The translations under genes were made by a program, and so were the position numbers. The notes beneath the pieces are model-generated. The model did no database searches. It saw only the letters and a list, made by a program, of their open reading frames with translations, and was not told the DNA's origin. A DNA stretch of 64,000 nucleotides from Candidatus Latescibacterota bacterium (GTDB taxonomy: Bacteria; Latescibacterota; UBA2968; UBA8231): the NCBI GenBank assembly GCA_965203175.1, contig OZ241867.1, forward strand, positions 6,176,001 through 6,240,000, given 5' to 3'. Of the stretch, positions 1 to 10,008 are shown one piece after another. The first letter of the stretch is position 1, and each line of letters starts with the position of its first letter.

Positions 1-830
1 GGCCGATCAGGCCCTAAGGCCTGAGTCTTGTCCTCGAAGCGATCCCCGCCCAGATTGCGGTACATGCGATCTGATTCCGCTGTCATCCCCTGGGGACCAC
101 AAAAGCTCTCAAGCCCTTTGTAGAGGCACTTTTTCCATCCAACCGGTGGATTTTCCAGATCAAACGCCAGATAATTGACCACGTACAGATCCAGTAGGCC
201 ATCCTGGTCTAGGTCTCCGAACGCGGCGCTGGTGCCCCAACCCTCGTCGTCTACCCCCGCCACCTCGGCGATCTGGTTAAAGCGGCCGTCCCCCTCGTTG
301 CGGTAGAGTCTGTTGGGGCCCCAGTACGTAGCGTAGAGATCCACATCGCCATCGTTGTCGTAATCGCCCACTGCACAGCCCATACCCCAGCCGCTGTAAT
401 CGACGCCTGCCTGCTGACTTACCTCCGTGAATACTCGCTCACCCGTTGCCGCCTCGGTGCTGCGATAGAGCCGGCTGTGGTTGCCGACCGTCTCGCCTTC
501 CAAGCGCGTGCCATTGGCAAAAAAAATGTCCAGATAGCCGTCTCCGTCGCTATCGAAAAAAGCCACACCCGCCGATATAGTCTCCAGTATGTACCCCTGC
601 TCGGGACCACCCGACACATTCTCAAAGTCCAGACCCAAGACCTGCCCTACATCCTCGAAATACACGGCTGTGGTTTCCACCTTGGCCGCATGCGAGACAG
701 GTCGTTCCGGCGGTTCAGTGCGAGCTATGGGCTCAGGCTCAGGGGCACATCCCGAGCTTAGTGATAAGAAAAAAGCTGTGCCATATGCACAAATTCTGCG
801 GCACCTGTTAAATGCGATGCAGTGTATCAA
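1..830 (-). CDS. CRTAC1/ASPIC-UnbV family FG-GAP repeat lipoprotein, 5' part (runs off left edge)
   Basis: Hand-translated, not in the ORF track. TTG start at 830 after GGAG, lipobox LSSGC, then FFDSDGDGYLDIFFANG, GMGCAVGDYDNDGDVDLY and AAFGDLDQDGLLDLYVVNY repeats. Confidence 0.85.
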   Translation of the reverse strand, partial: MIHCIAFNRCRRICAYGTAFFLSLSSGCAPEPEPIARTEPPERPVSHAAKVETTAVYFEDVGQVLGLDFENVSGGPEQGYILETISAGVAFFDSDGDGYLDIFFANGTRLEGETVGNHSRLYRSTEAATGERVFTEVSQQAGVDYSGWGMGCAVGDYDNDGDVDLYATYWGPNRLYRNEGDGRFNQIAEVAGVDDEGWGTSAAFGDLDQDGLLDLYVVNYLAFDLENPPVGWKKCLYKGLESFCGPQGMTAESDRMYRNLGGDRFEDKTQALGPDR

Positions 831-918
831 GCGTTCTCCATTTCCCGATGCAGTCAAGTACGGCGCGCAATACAATATCCCCTACGATAATCGCTGATGC
901 GGCCATAGCGCAAAATTT

Positions 919-1473
919 TTGATTTTTTCGTACAAACACATGCCCCACTCACCCGTCTCCTCTATAAAGGGAGACAAAGAAAGGCGTCCGTTCTTCGTCG
1001 AAAACGCGGATTTCCTCGGCAAACACGGATTGTTCTACAGCCGACGGATCGCCGACCCAGATTTCGGCGCTAAGTTTATCGGCAAAGCCGGGGAATGCAC
1101 GCTCGGCATCCTGACGGCGCAAGACCGAGGCGAAGCCGGTGCAAGACCGAAATTCGGCGTCTTAAAGTTACAGAGGGAAGTATTCCACAATTCGACCGTA
1201 GGTGCGCTAGTGGAAGGCATCTGGGATCGCGGGATGTTTGACGAGCGCAAGACGGTCTGGCGGGGACGGGCGACCTACTTTGCCACCAAGCGCCTCTTTC
1301 TACGCGGATTCGCACAAGACGCTGGCTATCTGGATGAGCGCGACATCAACTTGCTCGCCAGCTATGAGATCGTACCAAAAAGCCGGGTTTATCTGGCTTA
1401 CAACTTAGGCGACACTGCCGCAGAGAGAGCGGAAAAGCTCCGCTTCAAGGTGGCGTATCTGCTGTCCTACTGA
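919..1473 (+). pseudogene. Truncated or internally deleted DUF5916-like outer-membrane protein remnant
   Basis: ERRPFFVEN..LFYSRRI motif plus a beta-barrel-like C-terminus (FKVAYLLSY). Only 184 aa and no signal peptide. Confidence 0.5.
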
Positions 1474-1501
1474 GCGGTGAGAGAATGGATGCAAAGGCAA
1501 C

Positions 1502-2056
1502 ATGGGAGACGAATACGATCCTACAGATGGGGACTTGGTACGGCGTTTTGCCGAAGGCGATATGGCCGCCTTTGCCAATTTGGTCACCCGCTACCAAAAT
1601 GGAGTTTTTTTGTTCTTCTGTCGCATGACAGGCCGGAGAGCCGATGCTGAAGATCTGGCACAAGAAACCTTTGTGCGCGTCTATGAGTCCCTCCACAGCC
1701 TCAATGATCCGACGCGTTTCCGCTCGTGGTTCTGGGCCATTGCCAGCAACTTATGCCGCGACTACCACAAGTATCGCCAGCACCGGCACCACCTGTCGAT
1801 TGAACGCGACATCGATCTCGACCTTCAACTCGCGGAGATGGGATCGGCGCGGACCGTCGAGTTGGCGAGCAGAATCCGCACGGCGCTTGCGGCGCTTGAC
1901 GACGAACGGCGCTTGGTCGTGGTTTTGCGCGAATACCACGAACTCTCTTACGAAGAGATCGCCGCAACAGCGGGTTGCTCAGTAGGTGCTGTGCGCTGGC
2001 GTCTGCACGCAGCCCGCCAGCAACTGCGGGCAAATCTGTCCGATTTGATTGGTTGA
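1502..2056 (+). CDS. ECF sigma-70 factor
   Basis: AEDLAQETFVRVY (region 2), FRSWFWAIASN, and LSYEEIA..GAVRWRLHAAR (region 4). Confidence 0.95.
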   Translation: MGDEYDPTDGDLVRRFAEGDMAAFANLVTRYQNGVFLFFCRMTGRRADAEDLAQETFVRVYESLHSLNDPTRFRSWFWAIASNLCRDYHKYRQHRHHLSIERDIDLDLQLAEMGSARTVELASRIRTALAALDDERRLVVVLREYHELSYEEIAATAGCSVGAVRWRLHAARQQLRANLSDLIG

Positions 2057-2061
2057 GCACT

Positions 2062-2439
2062 ATGGAACCCGAGAAATCCCACACCGAGGATCAACTATCG
2101 CAACTACTGTCGGCATACGACCCTGCTAGGCCGGAAGACCTCGCCGCAAAGACGCTGGCACGGCTATTGCAAAACGAGCCGGACCGGGAGCGTCGGAGAG
2201 CTTTGCTGAAAGCCTTCGCCGGCCGAGTTGAAGAGTTGCAAAACGGACTGGGATGTACTATCGCCGTCGTGTACATCGGCGACTGCTCGGTCGTCGTACC
2301 TACCTCGGCACTAGCGCGGGACAGTCAGCCGATTCCTTCGATATCCGCATCGAAAGAAATCAAGTCCATAGTGCGCGAAGTCGATGAACGCGAAGTGCCG
2401 GTCGGCGTGGGCTATACGTTTACCATAGACGCTGTCTAA
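2062..2439 (+). CDS. Hypothetical protein, possible anti-sigma-like partner
   Basis: ATG 5 nt after the sigma stop; N-terminus EDQLSQLLSAYDP..PEDLAAKTLARL. Confidence 0.5.
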   Translation: MEPEKSHTEDQLSQLLSAYDPARPEDLAAKTLARLLQNEPDRERRRALLKAFAGRVEELQNGLGCTIAVVYIGDCSVVVPTSALARDSQPIPSISASKEIKSIVREVDEREVPVGVGYTFTIDAV

Positions 2440-2459
2440 GGAGGCTGTAGAAAGACGAC

Positions 2460-2894
2460 ATGGATAGAGACAGAGCCGATATCGAAGCGATCCACCGCCT
2501 ACTGAACCGCTACCAGCAGGCCCACAGGGAACAAGATTGGGATGCGGTCCGCTCGTGCCACGACGAGACCTATTTTCGCTGGTTCGGGTGTGGATCGACA
2601 GATCCTATGGGCTGGGTGCCCCACCTATTCTTGGTGCAGAGCGAGATGCAGGAATGGGGGGAGACGCGCATGCCCGAGGGCGCTAACTACGAGCAGGAAC
2701 AGCAAATATTACAGACGGACGTTCGCGGCAATATGGCCATATCCGTAGTGCGGGAATCGGGGTGCTGGAGTTCGGATACTGGTCAGGTATACTCTCGATG
2801 GGACGATTGCCAAAACGTGTGGTTCACGGGCCGTATCAAGGGCGAGTGGAAGATTGTGGGTGCCTTCTTTCCCGATATAACACCCTCCAAATAG
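2460..2894 (+). CDS. SnoaL/NTF2-like (DUF4440-type) protein
   Basis: AAGGAGG RBS; DIEAIHRLLNRY..DWDAV and a C-terminal GEWKIV. Confidence 0.8.
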   Translation: MDRDRADIEAIHRLLNRYQQAHREQDWDAVRSCHDETYFRWFGCGSTDPMGWVPHLFLVQSEMQEWGETRMPEGANYEQEQQILQTDVRGNMAISVVRESGCWSSDTGQVYSRWDDCQNVWFTGRIKGEWKIVGAFFPDITPSK

Positions 2895-2898
2895 GGGC

Positions 2899-3045
2899 CT
2901 GTACAAGCTCGCCAGAAGCGAAAAGTTAGCTCAGCTCGCTCGCCCCGAAACACGACTACTGACGATACCCGTTATGCCAGTGCCTCGCTCAATTCCTGCG
3001 GGCTTTACATCACAACAGCCTTATCACCCCGCTTTGGCCATCAAT
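2899..3045. repeat. Copy A of a ~145-bp imperfect direct repeat (copy B at 4090-4233)
   Basis: Shared blocks tacaagc, ccagaagc, aaaagttag, ccgaaacacgact, cgctcaatt, ttacatcaca and cagccttatcaccccgctttg.ccatcaat. Confidence 0.9.
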
Positions 3046-3080
3046 CAGGTATCTACCTAAACACCGAAGGAGAAGAAGAG

Positions 3081-3491
3081 ATGGCAGCTATCCACCACAT
3101 CCGGTTATCAGTCTCCGATCTAGATACTTCGACGAGATTCTACTCACCCTTGCTAGAAGGGCTTGGATTCCGAGGATTGCCCCCACGGCTGACAGGGAAG
3201 GGCGAGATCGACAGATTGCGATTTGAGAAAGACGGGACGGTCCTGCTGATCGGCCGCACTATGGAAGCAGGTCGACACGAGAGGGAAAAGCCTGGGCTAC
3301 ACCATCTCGCCTTTTCCGTGGACTCACGTGCAGAAGTTGAACGGATCTACGATGAGGTGATCAAAAACCTAGAGCATGTGAATGTCGAAGACCCGCCAAT
3401 CGACTGTCCAGAGTACGGCGAGGGCTACTACGCGACATTCTTCTTCGACCCTGACGGCATCAAGCTCGAAGTAACTTTTACCCCGGAATAA
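3081..3491 (+). CDS. VOC/glyoxalase family protein
   Basis: IHHIRLSVSD, GLHHLAF, YYATFFFDPDGIKLEV; AAGGAG RBS. Confidence 0.92.
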   Translation: MAAIHHIRLSVSDLDTSTRFYSPLLEGLGFRGLPPRLTGKGEIDRLRFEKDGTVLLIGRTMEAGRHEREKPGLHHLAFSVDSRAEVERIYDEVIKNLEHVNVEDPPIDCPEYGEGYYATFFFDPDGIKLEVTFTPE

Positions 3492-3657
3492 ATCAGAACG
3501 GAAGGCACTGGTATGATTCGCGATGTGTTGGATGATCTTTTTTCCAAAAAGTTCCTTGATGAGCACCTCTAAAACTTGAGATGAAAGGACACCTTGGGGA
3601 CGCCCACTTCTAATCGCAACCGAGAGGCATAGTCTCCAAAAATTAAGGCCCCTGTAG

Positions 3658-4149
3658 ATGGAAATTAGGATTGCTGAAGTAGATGCAGATTTAGAAATAG
3701 TTGGTAGTTTGTTGATCCAACTCAGACCTAGCTATGACCTACGCACTATAATCTCTCAGATTAAGGCTCAGCAAAAGAGAGGTTACACCGTTGCTTATAT
3801 CAAGGATGATAGTCAGGCTATTTGTGCAGCGGGGTTTGTAATTGAGACCCGATTGGCTTGGGGAAAACACATGTACATTGAAGATCTGATCACAGATGAA
3901 CACCGACGTTCTTTGGGCCTAGGCAAAGTCATGCTAGATTGGCTTAAATCCTATGCGCAAAAAAATGACTGTGAGCAGATCCATTTGGATTCAAGCGTTC
4001 AGAATTTTTCTGCACATAGGTTCTATCTGCGCGAGGGGTTTAATATCGCAAGTCATCATTTTTCGATTGTGAATGGGAATAAGGCAGATCTATACAAGCC
4101 CACCAGAAGCAAAAAGTTAGATCATCTCGCTCCGAAACACGACTCCTAA
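3658..4149 (+). CDS. GNAT N-acetyltransferase (C-terminal tail derived from repeat copy B)
   Basis: YIEDLITDEHRRSLGLGK, LDS..AHRFYLREGF. Confidence 0.92.
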   Translation: MEIRIAEVDADLEIVGSLLIQLRPSYDLRTIISQIKAQQKRGYTVAYIKDDSQAICAAGFVIETRLAWGKHMYIEDLITDEHRRSLGLGKVMLDWLKSYAQKNDCEQIHLDSSVQNFSAHRFYLREGFNIASHHFSIVNGNKADLYKPTRSKKLDHLAPKHDS

Positions 4150-4233
4150 CGGTACCCGTTACGCCAATGCCCCGCTCAATTACTGCAGTGCCTTACATCA
4201 CACCAGCCTTATCACCCCGCTTTGACCATCAAT
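4090..4233. repeat. Copy B of the direct repeat; overlaps the last 12 codons (including the stop) of the PEP-utilising gene
   Basis: Alignment with 2899-3045. Confidence 0.9.
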
Positions 4234-6603
4234 TTCGATCAACTGCCCGGTTCTAATCTTCTTGGTCCCGATCAGGGTTCCCACCACCGCCGGCAACCCG
4301 TATTCTCGGGCGACGACCGCCCCATGACACAACGCCCCACCCCTGTCGCTCACTAATCCCGCCCCGACGGCAAAAAGCGGCGTCCAATGGGGATCGGTCG
4401 TACCACAAACCAATATCTCCCCCGGCTGTAGTTGCAACGCCTTGTCCAGATTCACGGCCACGCGCGCACGCCCTCTGACAATCCCCGGCGAAGCCCCTAC
4501 TCCACGCACCTCTCCCTTTGGTGCCTCAAATGGAGTCGAGGGACCCCAAAACAAGTAATCTTCCTCTTCGGCCGGCGGCTCCTTACAAGCACCGAGGAAC
4601 TCTGGCGGCGCTAGTTTCAACCGTCGATCAAACTCCCGTTGGCGTTCGACGACTCGCACGCGCAACGGCTGACGCACGCCGAATCCCCAGAGGATGATTT
4701 CGTTCAGTTCTAGGTATTTGATCTCGCTCCGCTTCTTCTTGAGGATCCCGCCTTTGATCATTCGGCGGCCCAGTTCATCGAAAAGCGGAAATATGTAATG
4801 CGTTGCGATCCCATCGACCCAGTAGTTGTGGTCCTCGGTCAGCGGATAATTGGCCAGAGCTACCTGCAAAAGCTCTTCGAAAACCTCGCGCTCCTGCTTT
4901 TTCAGCAGCGAACGCACGTGTTCAGTAAATTGCTCCCGCTCTACCGCAAGCTGGCGCAATTTCACGTGCGGGTCTTCCACACCCTGCTCGGCGTATTTGA
5001 GGACCAAGGAAGCGAGAAATTCCGGCGAGTCTTTCCAATAGGTCTCTAAATACTGGTCGAAAATTTCTTTGAAGGATCCCTCAAGCCCGTCCCATCTGCC
5101 TTGCTTCTTGCGCGACTGTAAGGCAGCCCTTAGAAGCTCTTCGTTGGCGGGAGTAAGGTGCTGTTGCAACTGCCACAGGAGACGCCCCTTCTCAACGCTC
5201 AAATTTGACTGCCCCTGTACCAATCGGTAGGGTTCGCTTTCCGCGGCATCGGGAAACCGTTGGCGATACCACTCCACCAAGTGCCCAACGGCCTCGACCG
5301 CGGTCCCGCCTAGATGCGCGTGCATTCTCGCGCATTCGCAATACCAAGGCAGTGCTTCGACCAGCACGCTGGCCAACTCGTCGTTGGACAGCGCCGACAG
5401 GTCCAAGCTGCGGAAATAAGCCCGCTTCTGCTTGAGCCCGGGCAACCATTCACTTTTCCAGAGTTCGGGTATCTCGCGCTCCGTTTTTTTGCGAGCCTCT
5501 TCTTGCGCCTTGCGATTGCCGACCCTAAAGGGTTTTTCCGCCTCGTATGCGTAGCCATTCACATAGATCCGCATAGGTAACGTGCCGCTGCCCGTCTCTC
5601 GCCGTGCTTTCGCCCAACCTTGCATCCAATACCATTCAAACGACTGATCGAGCGGCGCTTCCAGACTCCCCTTGCGCCAAGTCAATTCAGCATCTTTGGG
5701 ATCGTCCCATTCCACCGACCAATCTCGTCCATCTTGCACGAGGGTCGTCACCGGACGGCACTGGAGCAAATACAGCTTTCCATCCTTAAAAGCGCATTCC
5801 AAGTCAACAGGCCACCCCATCTGGGCCTCCAGGTCAACCGCGCTACGGCAGATCTCACCGACCTGTTCGTCAGTTAAAGTTGGCCGCGAACGATTGTCTG
5901 CTGGCACGTCGATTTCGATCGTGCCAATGGATCCAGCGGCGCACATCCGCTCTTTCTTGGCCACGCTCCGCGTCTTGATCCGCAATTCCCGTTTGTCCAC
6001 GGTGTACGTATCGGGAACCGAACTGCCATCGACCAACCCTTCTCCCAACCCCCAATATGCGTTGATGACGATCTCGCTTGAGTCGTTGGTGACTGGGTTG
6101 GCGGTAAACGCGACCGCTGAAGAATCCGCAGCGATGAACTCCTGCACGAGAATGGCCAGATTCACCTCGTCCGCACCGGCCCCTGAGTGCTTGCGGTAAG
6201 CGGCGGCATGGGGCCGGTAGGCCGCCTCCACGCATTCGACTATCGCCGCAGCTACGGCAGCCACGCCCACGACGTTCAATAGGGTCTGATATTGGCCAGC
6301 AAAGGAATTAACTGCTCCGTCCTCCGCCACAGCCGAGGATCGGATCGCCACCGCTGGCTCGGAAGTTCCGCAGCGAGCACCCAGTTCCGCGTACGCGGTC
6401 TTGATCTCAGCATAAAGGTCGGGAGGCAGCGCTGCTCCGCCACTCCGCACCGGTACCATTCTCGCCGTCGCATTGGTAGTGATACAAAAACCAAGTGGCA
6501 CTTGTCCGCCACTATGTAGCTGGTTGAGGTTAGCCGCTTTACCGCCTACCAGTTCCCTCTTGCCGCTTGCAGGGTCGTCTAACCAAATAATACTCAAAGC
6601 CAT
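4198..6603 (-). CDS. PEP/pyruvate-binding ATP-grasp plus C-terminal His-swivel domain phosphotransferase (rifampin phosphotransferase/PigC-like architecture)
   Basis: VGGKAANL, AIRSSAVAED..SFAGQY, YLLQCRPVT; C-terminal GGALCHGAVVAREYGLPAVVG. Confidence 0.9.
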   Translation of the reverse strand: MALSIIWLDDPASGKRELVGGKAANLNQLHSGGQVPLGFCITTNATARMVPVRSGGAALPPDLYAEIKTAYAELGARCGTSEPAVAIRSSAVAEDGAVNSFAGQYQTLLNVVGVAAVAAAIVECVEAAYRPHAAAYRKHSGAGADEVNLAILVQEFIAADSSAVAFTANPVTNDSSEIVINAYWGLGEGLVDGSSVPDTYTVDKRELRIKTRSVAKKERMCAAGSIGTIEIDVPADNRSRPTLTDEQVGEICRSAVDLEAQMGWPVDLECAFKDGKLYLLQCRPVTTLVQDGRDWSVEWDDPKDAELTWRKGSLEAPLDQSFEWYWMQGWAKARRETGSGTLPMRIYVNGYAYEAEKPFRVGNRKAQEEARKKTEREIPELWKSEWLPGLKQKRAYFRSLDLSALSNDELASVLVEALPWYCECARMHAHLGGTAVEAVGHLVEWYRQRFPDAAESEPYRLVQGQSNLSVEKGRLLWQLQQHLTPANEELLRAALQSRKKQGRWDGLEGSFKEIFDQYLETYWKDSPEFLASLVLKYAEQGVEDPHVKLRQLAVEREQFTEHVRSLLKKQEREVFEELLQVALANYPLTEDHNYWVDGIATHYIFPLFDELGRRMIKGGILKKKRSEIKYLELNEIILWGFGVRQPLRVRVVERQREFDRRLKLAPPEFLGACKEPPAEEEDYLFWGPSTPFEAPKGEVRGVGASPGIVRGRARVAVNLDKALQLQPGEILVCGTTDPHWTPLFAVGAGLVSDRGGALCHGAVVAREYGLPAVVGTLIGTKKIRTGQLIEIDGQSGVIRLV

Positions 6604-6664
6604 ATTATTCCTTACCAATGAGACCGTTTCACGTAGCTAATTCCGCAGACTCTGCACCGCAGGA

Positions 6665-8566
6665 TCACCCCACCAAAACTCGCACATCTCCCCGCCGCGT
6701 CGTCAATCCCTCAGCGTCGAAGTGACCCAAAAGCGCCATGGCGCATTTGCGGTTGCTGCCAATCAGCGTGCGGAATTCGGCTACTGTAATCTCGCCGTCG
6801 CGCTTGAGAGAATCGCTCAGCAGCGTCCGCGCGCGGGCGAGGGCCTCGCAATGGATAAGCAAGCCCCCCTCCAACGCGACCACCGTCCCCAATGCTTGCA
6901 GTGCTTGGACCATGTCCGTTACCTGGGGCAGCGGGGCGTCGAAGGCTTGGGCTAGCTCGGCCATCGTCGGCAAGTTGGCAAAATCCGTGGTGTTGACCCG
7001 CGCCTCCACAGCCGCCCTTAGCACCTCTTGCTCTGGAGTGAAGCAAATGCTGTGCGACGCAGCCCTCACCACGGCCCCATCCAGCGCGATCCGCCCCGCT
7101 TCCTCCAAGTAGCGCAACACGCAGTCGAACAATTCGGGCTGGATGTAGCGCGCGCTCAAATTGCGCAGCTCCTCGCGCGGCAATCCCAGCTTGAGCGGCT
7201 GGTCGCGGTGAAAGCTCGTCAGCGCAGCCTCGACCTGCGCGCCCCAGTGCTCACACACGTCCAAATGCAAAACGTGCGGTTGCCCTTCCGACACCACGCG
7301 CACGGCACGGCCATCCGCTACCAGCGCATCCGTCAAGCCCTCCAACCGCTCCTCGCCAATGCCCATTTCGCCAGCCAGCACCTGCTGGCCCTTGAGCCGG
7401 TCGTCCGCATAGCGGAGCCAGCACTCGACAACCTCAGGCAAATCGGCACTAGCCAACGCCTGCAAATGCGCGAGCAGCGCCTGCTCGAAGCGCCGGTGCT
7501 TAGCCGGATGCGGGTTGAGCACGCGGCCGCCGCCAATGGTCAGCGCCGGCGAGTACCGGCGCAGCACAAAGCGGTCGCCCCACGCCGCAACTACGGGAGC
7601 TTCTAGGCGCAGCTGCGCAAAACTCTCCTGCCCAGGCGTCAAAGGTTCACCACCGGGAAGTACGACCCGCGCCATAATCTCCCGCGTGCCCAAGTGCAGG
7701 CGCACGCGGGTGCGCGACGCCATAGTCATCGGGCTTGACGCGAGGAGTTGCACCTCGGCGTCCAGCATCTGCGTAGGACGGAAAAATCCAGCCGCGACCA
7801 GCGAGTGCCCGCGCTCGACTTGGCCCTGCTCCACGCCAGCCAAATTGATCGCGGCTCGGTCGCCGGCCCGCACCTCTTGTGCCGTCGCGCCGTGCTGTTG
7901 CAAGCGGCGCACGCGCGCAGACCGACCTTCGGGCGCAATCTCCACGCGGTCGCCCTCAGCCAAGGCCCCAGCCTGCACCGTGCCTGTGCAGATGAGGCCA
8001 AAGCCCTTGACCCCAAAGGCCCGATCTACGGGCAGACGAAACGGCGCATCCGTGCGCTTGGCTGCAGTGTCCTCGACCATGGCTAACAGCCGCTGCCGCA
8101 GCGGGTCAATGCCCGCGCCGCTGAGCGCAGAGACGCGAAAGATCTCGGCCTGCGCCAAAAAACTCCCGTGCACAAACTCCCGCACCTCTTCCTCCACCAA
8201 GTCCAACCACTCCTCCTCCACCAAGTCGGCCTTGTTGATCACCACTACCCCGCGCTCGACCCCCAAAAGCCGCAACACGTCGAGATGCTCCTGCGACTGC
8301 GGCATCACGCCGTCGTCCGCGGCAATGACCAGCATGGCCACGTCAATGGTGCTGACGCCAGCCACCATGGTCTTGACAAAGCGCTCGTGCCCGGGCACGT
8401 CGATGATCGTAGCTTGATCCCCCAAAAAGGCAAAGCCAAGTTCAATGGTAATCCCCCGCGCCCGCTCTTCCGGGGCTTGGTCCGTATCCATGCCGGTCAG
8501 TGCCTTGACCAACAGAGTCTTGCCGTGGTCAATGTGCCCGGCCGTGCCAATAACAGTGTGCGCCAT
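6665..8566 (-). CDS. selB: Selenocysteine-specific elongation factor
   Basis: [35 protein letters not shown]; 633 aa with C-terminal winged-helix [16 protein letters not shown]. Confidence 0.96.
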   Translation of the reverse strand: MAHTVIGTAGHIDHGKTLLVKALTGMDTDQAPEERARGITIELGFAFLGDQATIIDVPGHERFVKTMVAGVSTIDVAMLVIAADDGVMPQSQEHLDVLRLLGVERGVVVINKADLVEEEWLDLVEEEVREFVHGSFLAQAEIFRVSALSGAGIDPLRQRLLAMVEDTAAKRTDAPFRLPVDRAFGVKGFGLICTGTVQAGALAEGDRVEIAPEGRSARVRRLQQHGATAQEVRAGDRAAINLAGVEQGQVERGHSLVAAGFFRPTQMLDAEVQLLASSPMTMASRTRVRLHLGTREIMARVVLPGGEPLTPGQESFAQLRLEAPVVAAWGDRFVLRRYSPALTIGGGRVLNPHPAKHRRFEQALLAHLQALASADLPEVVECWLRYADDRLKGQQVLAGEMGIGEERLEGLTDALVADGRAVRVVSEGQPHVLHLDVCEHWGAQVEAALTSFHRDQPLKLGLPREELRNLSARYIQPELFDCVLRYLEEAGRIALDGAVVRAASHSICFTPEQEVLRAAVEARVNTTDFANLPTMAELAQAFDAPLPQVTDMVQALQALGTVVALEGGLLIHCEALARARTLLSDSLKRDGEITVAEFRTLIGSNRKCAMALLGHFDAEGLTTRRGDVRVLVG

Positions 8567-8645
8567 CTGCTCAATATCCTATATTGACGTGCTCTTCCTG
8601 GCCTATATTATGTTCAATTCCGCGAACACAACAAGGAACTTCTTC

Positions 8646-9380
8646 ATGTACCTCAAGCACCTGCGTCCCTACCAACTCACTGATGCAGTGGCCCAAGGGC
8701 ATCCCCTGCTCGTGCCGGCCGGCTGCATCGAAACCCACGGCCCGCACATGGCCATCGGCCACGACACCCTCATCGTCGAGGAGATCTGCGACCGCGTGGC
8801 CGCACGCACCGCTTGCGTCATTGCTCCATCGTTCGACTACGGCCCCACCGGCTATGCCCTCGGCGGTCCAGCCGACGGGACCATCGACCCGGACTACGAC
8901 GCCTTTGGCGGCTTGGCCAAGAGCATCCTGCGCAACTTTATCGAAATGGGCTTCCGCAAGACCTACGTCATCATCATGCACCAAGGCATGGGCGGCCCCC
9001 TCGCCTTGGCCTTCAGCAAGGCCGCGGCCGAACTGGCGGTTGAGAAGGTGCTCGCCGAGGGACACCCACGCGGCTGGTGGGGCGACCGCGACGAGCTGGC
9101 CCGGGTTGGCTCTTGGGGCGGGCACATCGAAGTGCAGCCCATGATCCTCCCGGAATCGAGTCCTCCGGCCGGGGGCGATCACGCCGGATACAACGAGACC
9201 TCCTTCCTGCTCGCCGCGCGCCCCGAACTCGTAGAGCAAGACCGCCTCGGCGACGACCCGCCTTGGTACTGCCAGCAAGACGAAACCAAAAACAGCTACA
9301 CGGCCAACGCCGAGCACGGCCAAGCCATGATCGCGTCCGTCGTCGATGCGTGGGTCGCCAAAATCGATCAGGAGCGCTAG
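8646..9380 (+). CDS. Creatininase family amidohydrolase
   Basis: [26 protein letters not shown]. Confidence 0.9.
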   Translation: MYLKHLRPYQLTDAVAQGHPLLVPAGCIETHGPHMAIGHDTLIVEEICDRVAARTACVIAPSFDYGPTGYALGGPADGTIDPDYDAFGGLAKSILRNFIEMGFRKTYVIIMHQGMGGPLALAFSKAAAELAVEKVLAEGHPRGWWGDRDELARVGSWGGHIEVQPMILPESSPPAGGDHAGYNETSFLLAARPELVEQDRLGDDPPWYCQQDETKNSYTANAEHGQAMIASVVDAWVAKIDQER

Positions 9381-9381
9381 A

Positions 9382-10005
9382 ATGACCCAAGTACTGACCG
9401 TACACCCCGACCGCCTCAAAGGCCGCCACATCCAGCGCGCCGCCGAGGTGCTGCGCCAAGGCGGCGTTATCGTCTATCCCACCGATACGATCTACGGCCT
9501 CGGCTGCGACATCACCAACAAGCAGGCGATTGAACGCGTGCAGCGCATCAAGGGCCGCGATAGAAAGAAGCCCATGTCCTTTGTGTGCGCCGACTTGACC
9601 CACATCAGCGACTACGCCCGCGTCTCCAACTACGCCCACCGCATCCTCAAGCAGTGCCTGCCGGGGGCGTACACCTTCGTGTTGCCAGCCACCCGCCAAA
9701 CGCCGCGCATCCTGCAAACCAAACAGAAGACCGTCGGCCTGCGGATCCCCGATCACCCAGTGCCGCTGGCCTTGGTCCGCGCCCTCGGCCAACCCATCCT
9801 GAGCACCAGCGCCAACTACGCCGATCAAGAGGTGATAACCGAACCGTGGGCCTTGGAGGAAGAGTTGGGACCACAAGTAGAATTGATCTTGGAGTGCGGG
9901 CCGCTGCCCGTGGAGGCTTCGAGTGTGGTCTCGCTGGTGGGGGATCAGGCCGAGGTGCTGCGGGAGGGCAAAGGGGATTTGCGCTTGTTTGCCGAGGAAG
10001 ATTAG
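9382..10005 (+). CDS. Sua5/YrdC/YciO family L-threonylcarbamoyladenylate synthase-like protein
   Basis: YPTDTIYGLGC, IKGR..KP, PGAYT, VGLRIP, STSAN. Confidence 0.93.
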   Translation: MTQVLTVHPDRLKGRHIQRAAEVLRQGGVIVYPTDTIYGLGCDITNKQAIERVQRIKGRDRKKPMSFVCADLTHISDYARVSNYAHRILKQCLPGAYTFVLPATRQTPRILQTKQKTVGLRIPDHPVPLALVRALGQPILSTSANYADQEVITEPWALEEELGPQVELILECGPLPVEASSVVSLVGDQAEVLREGKGDLRLFAEED

Positions 10006-10008
10006 CGG

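Noticed and set aside
4144-4164. CCTAAC-ggtaccc-GTTACG as a mini attC
   Set aside because: Far too short, has no L boxes, and is not conserved in repeat copy A
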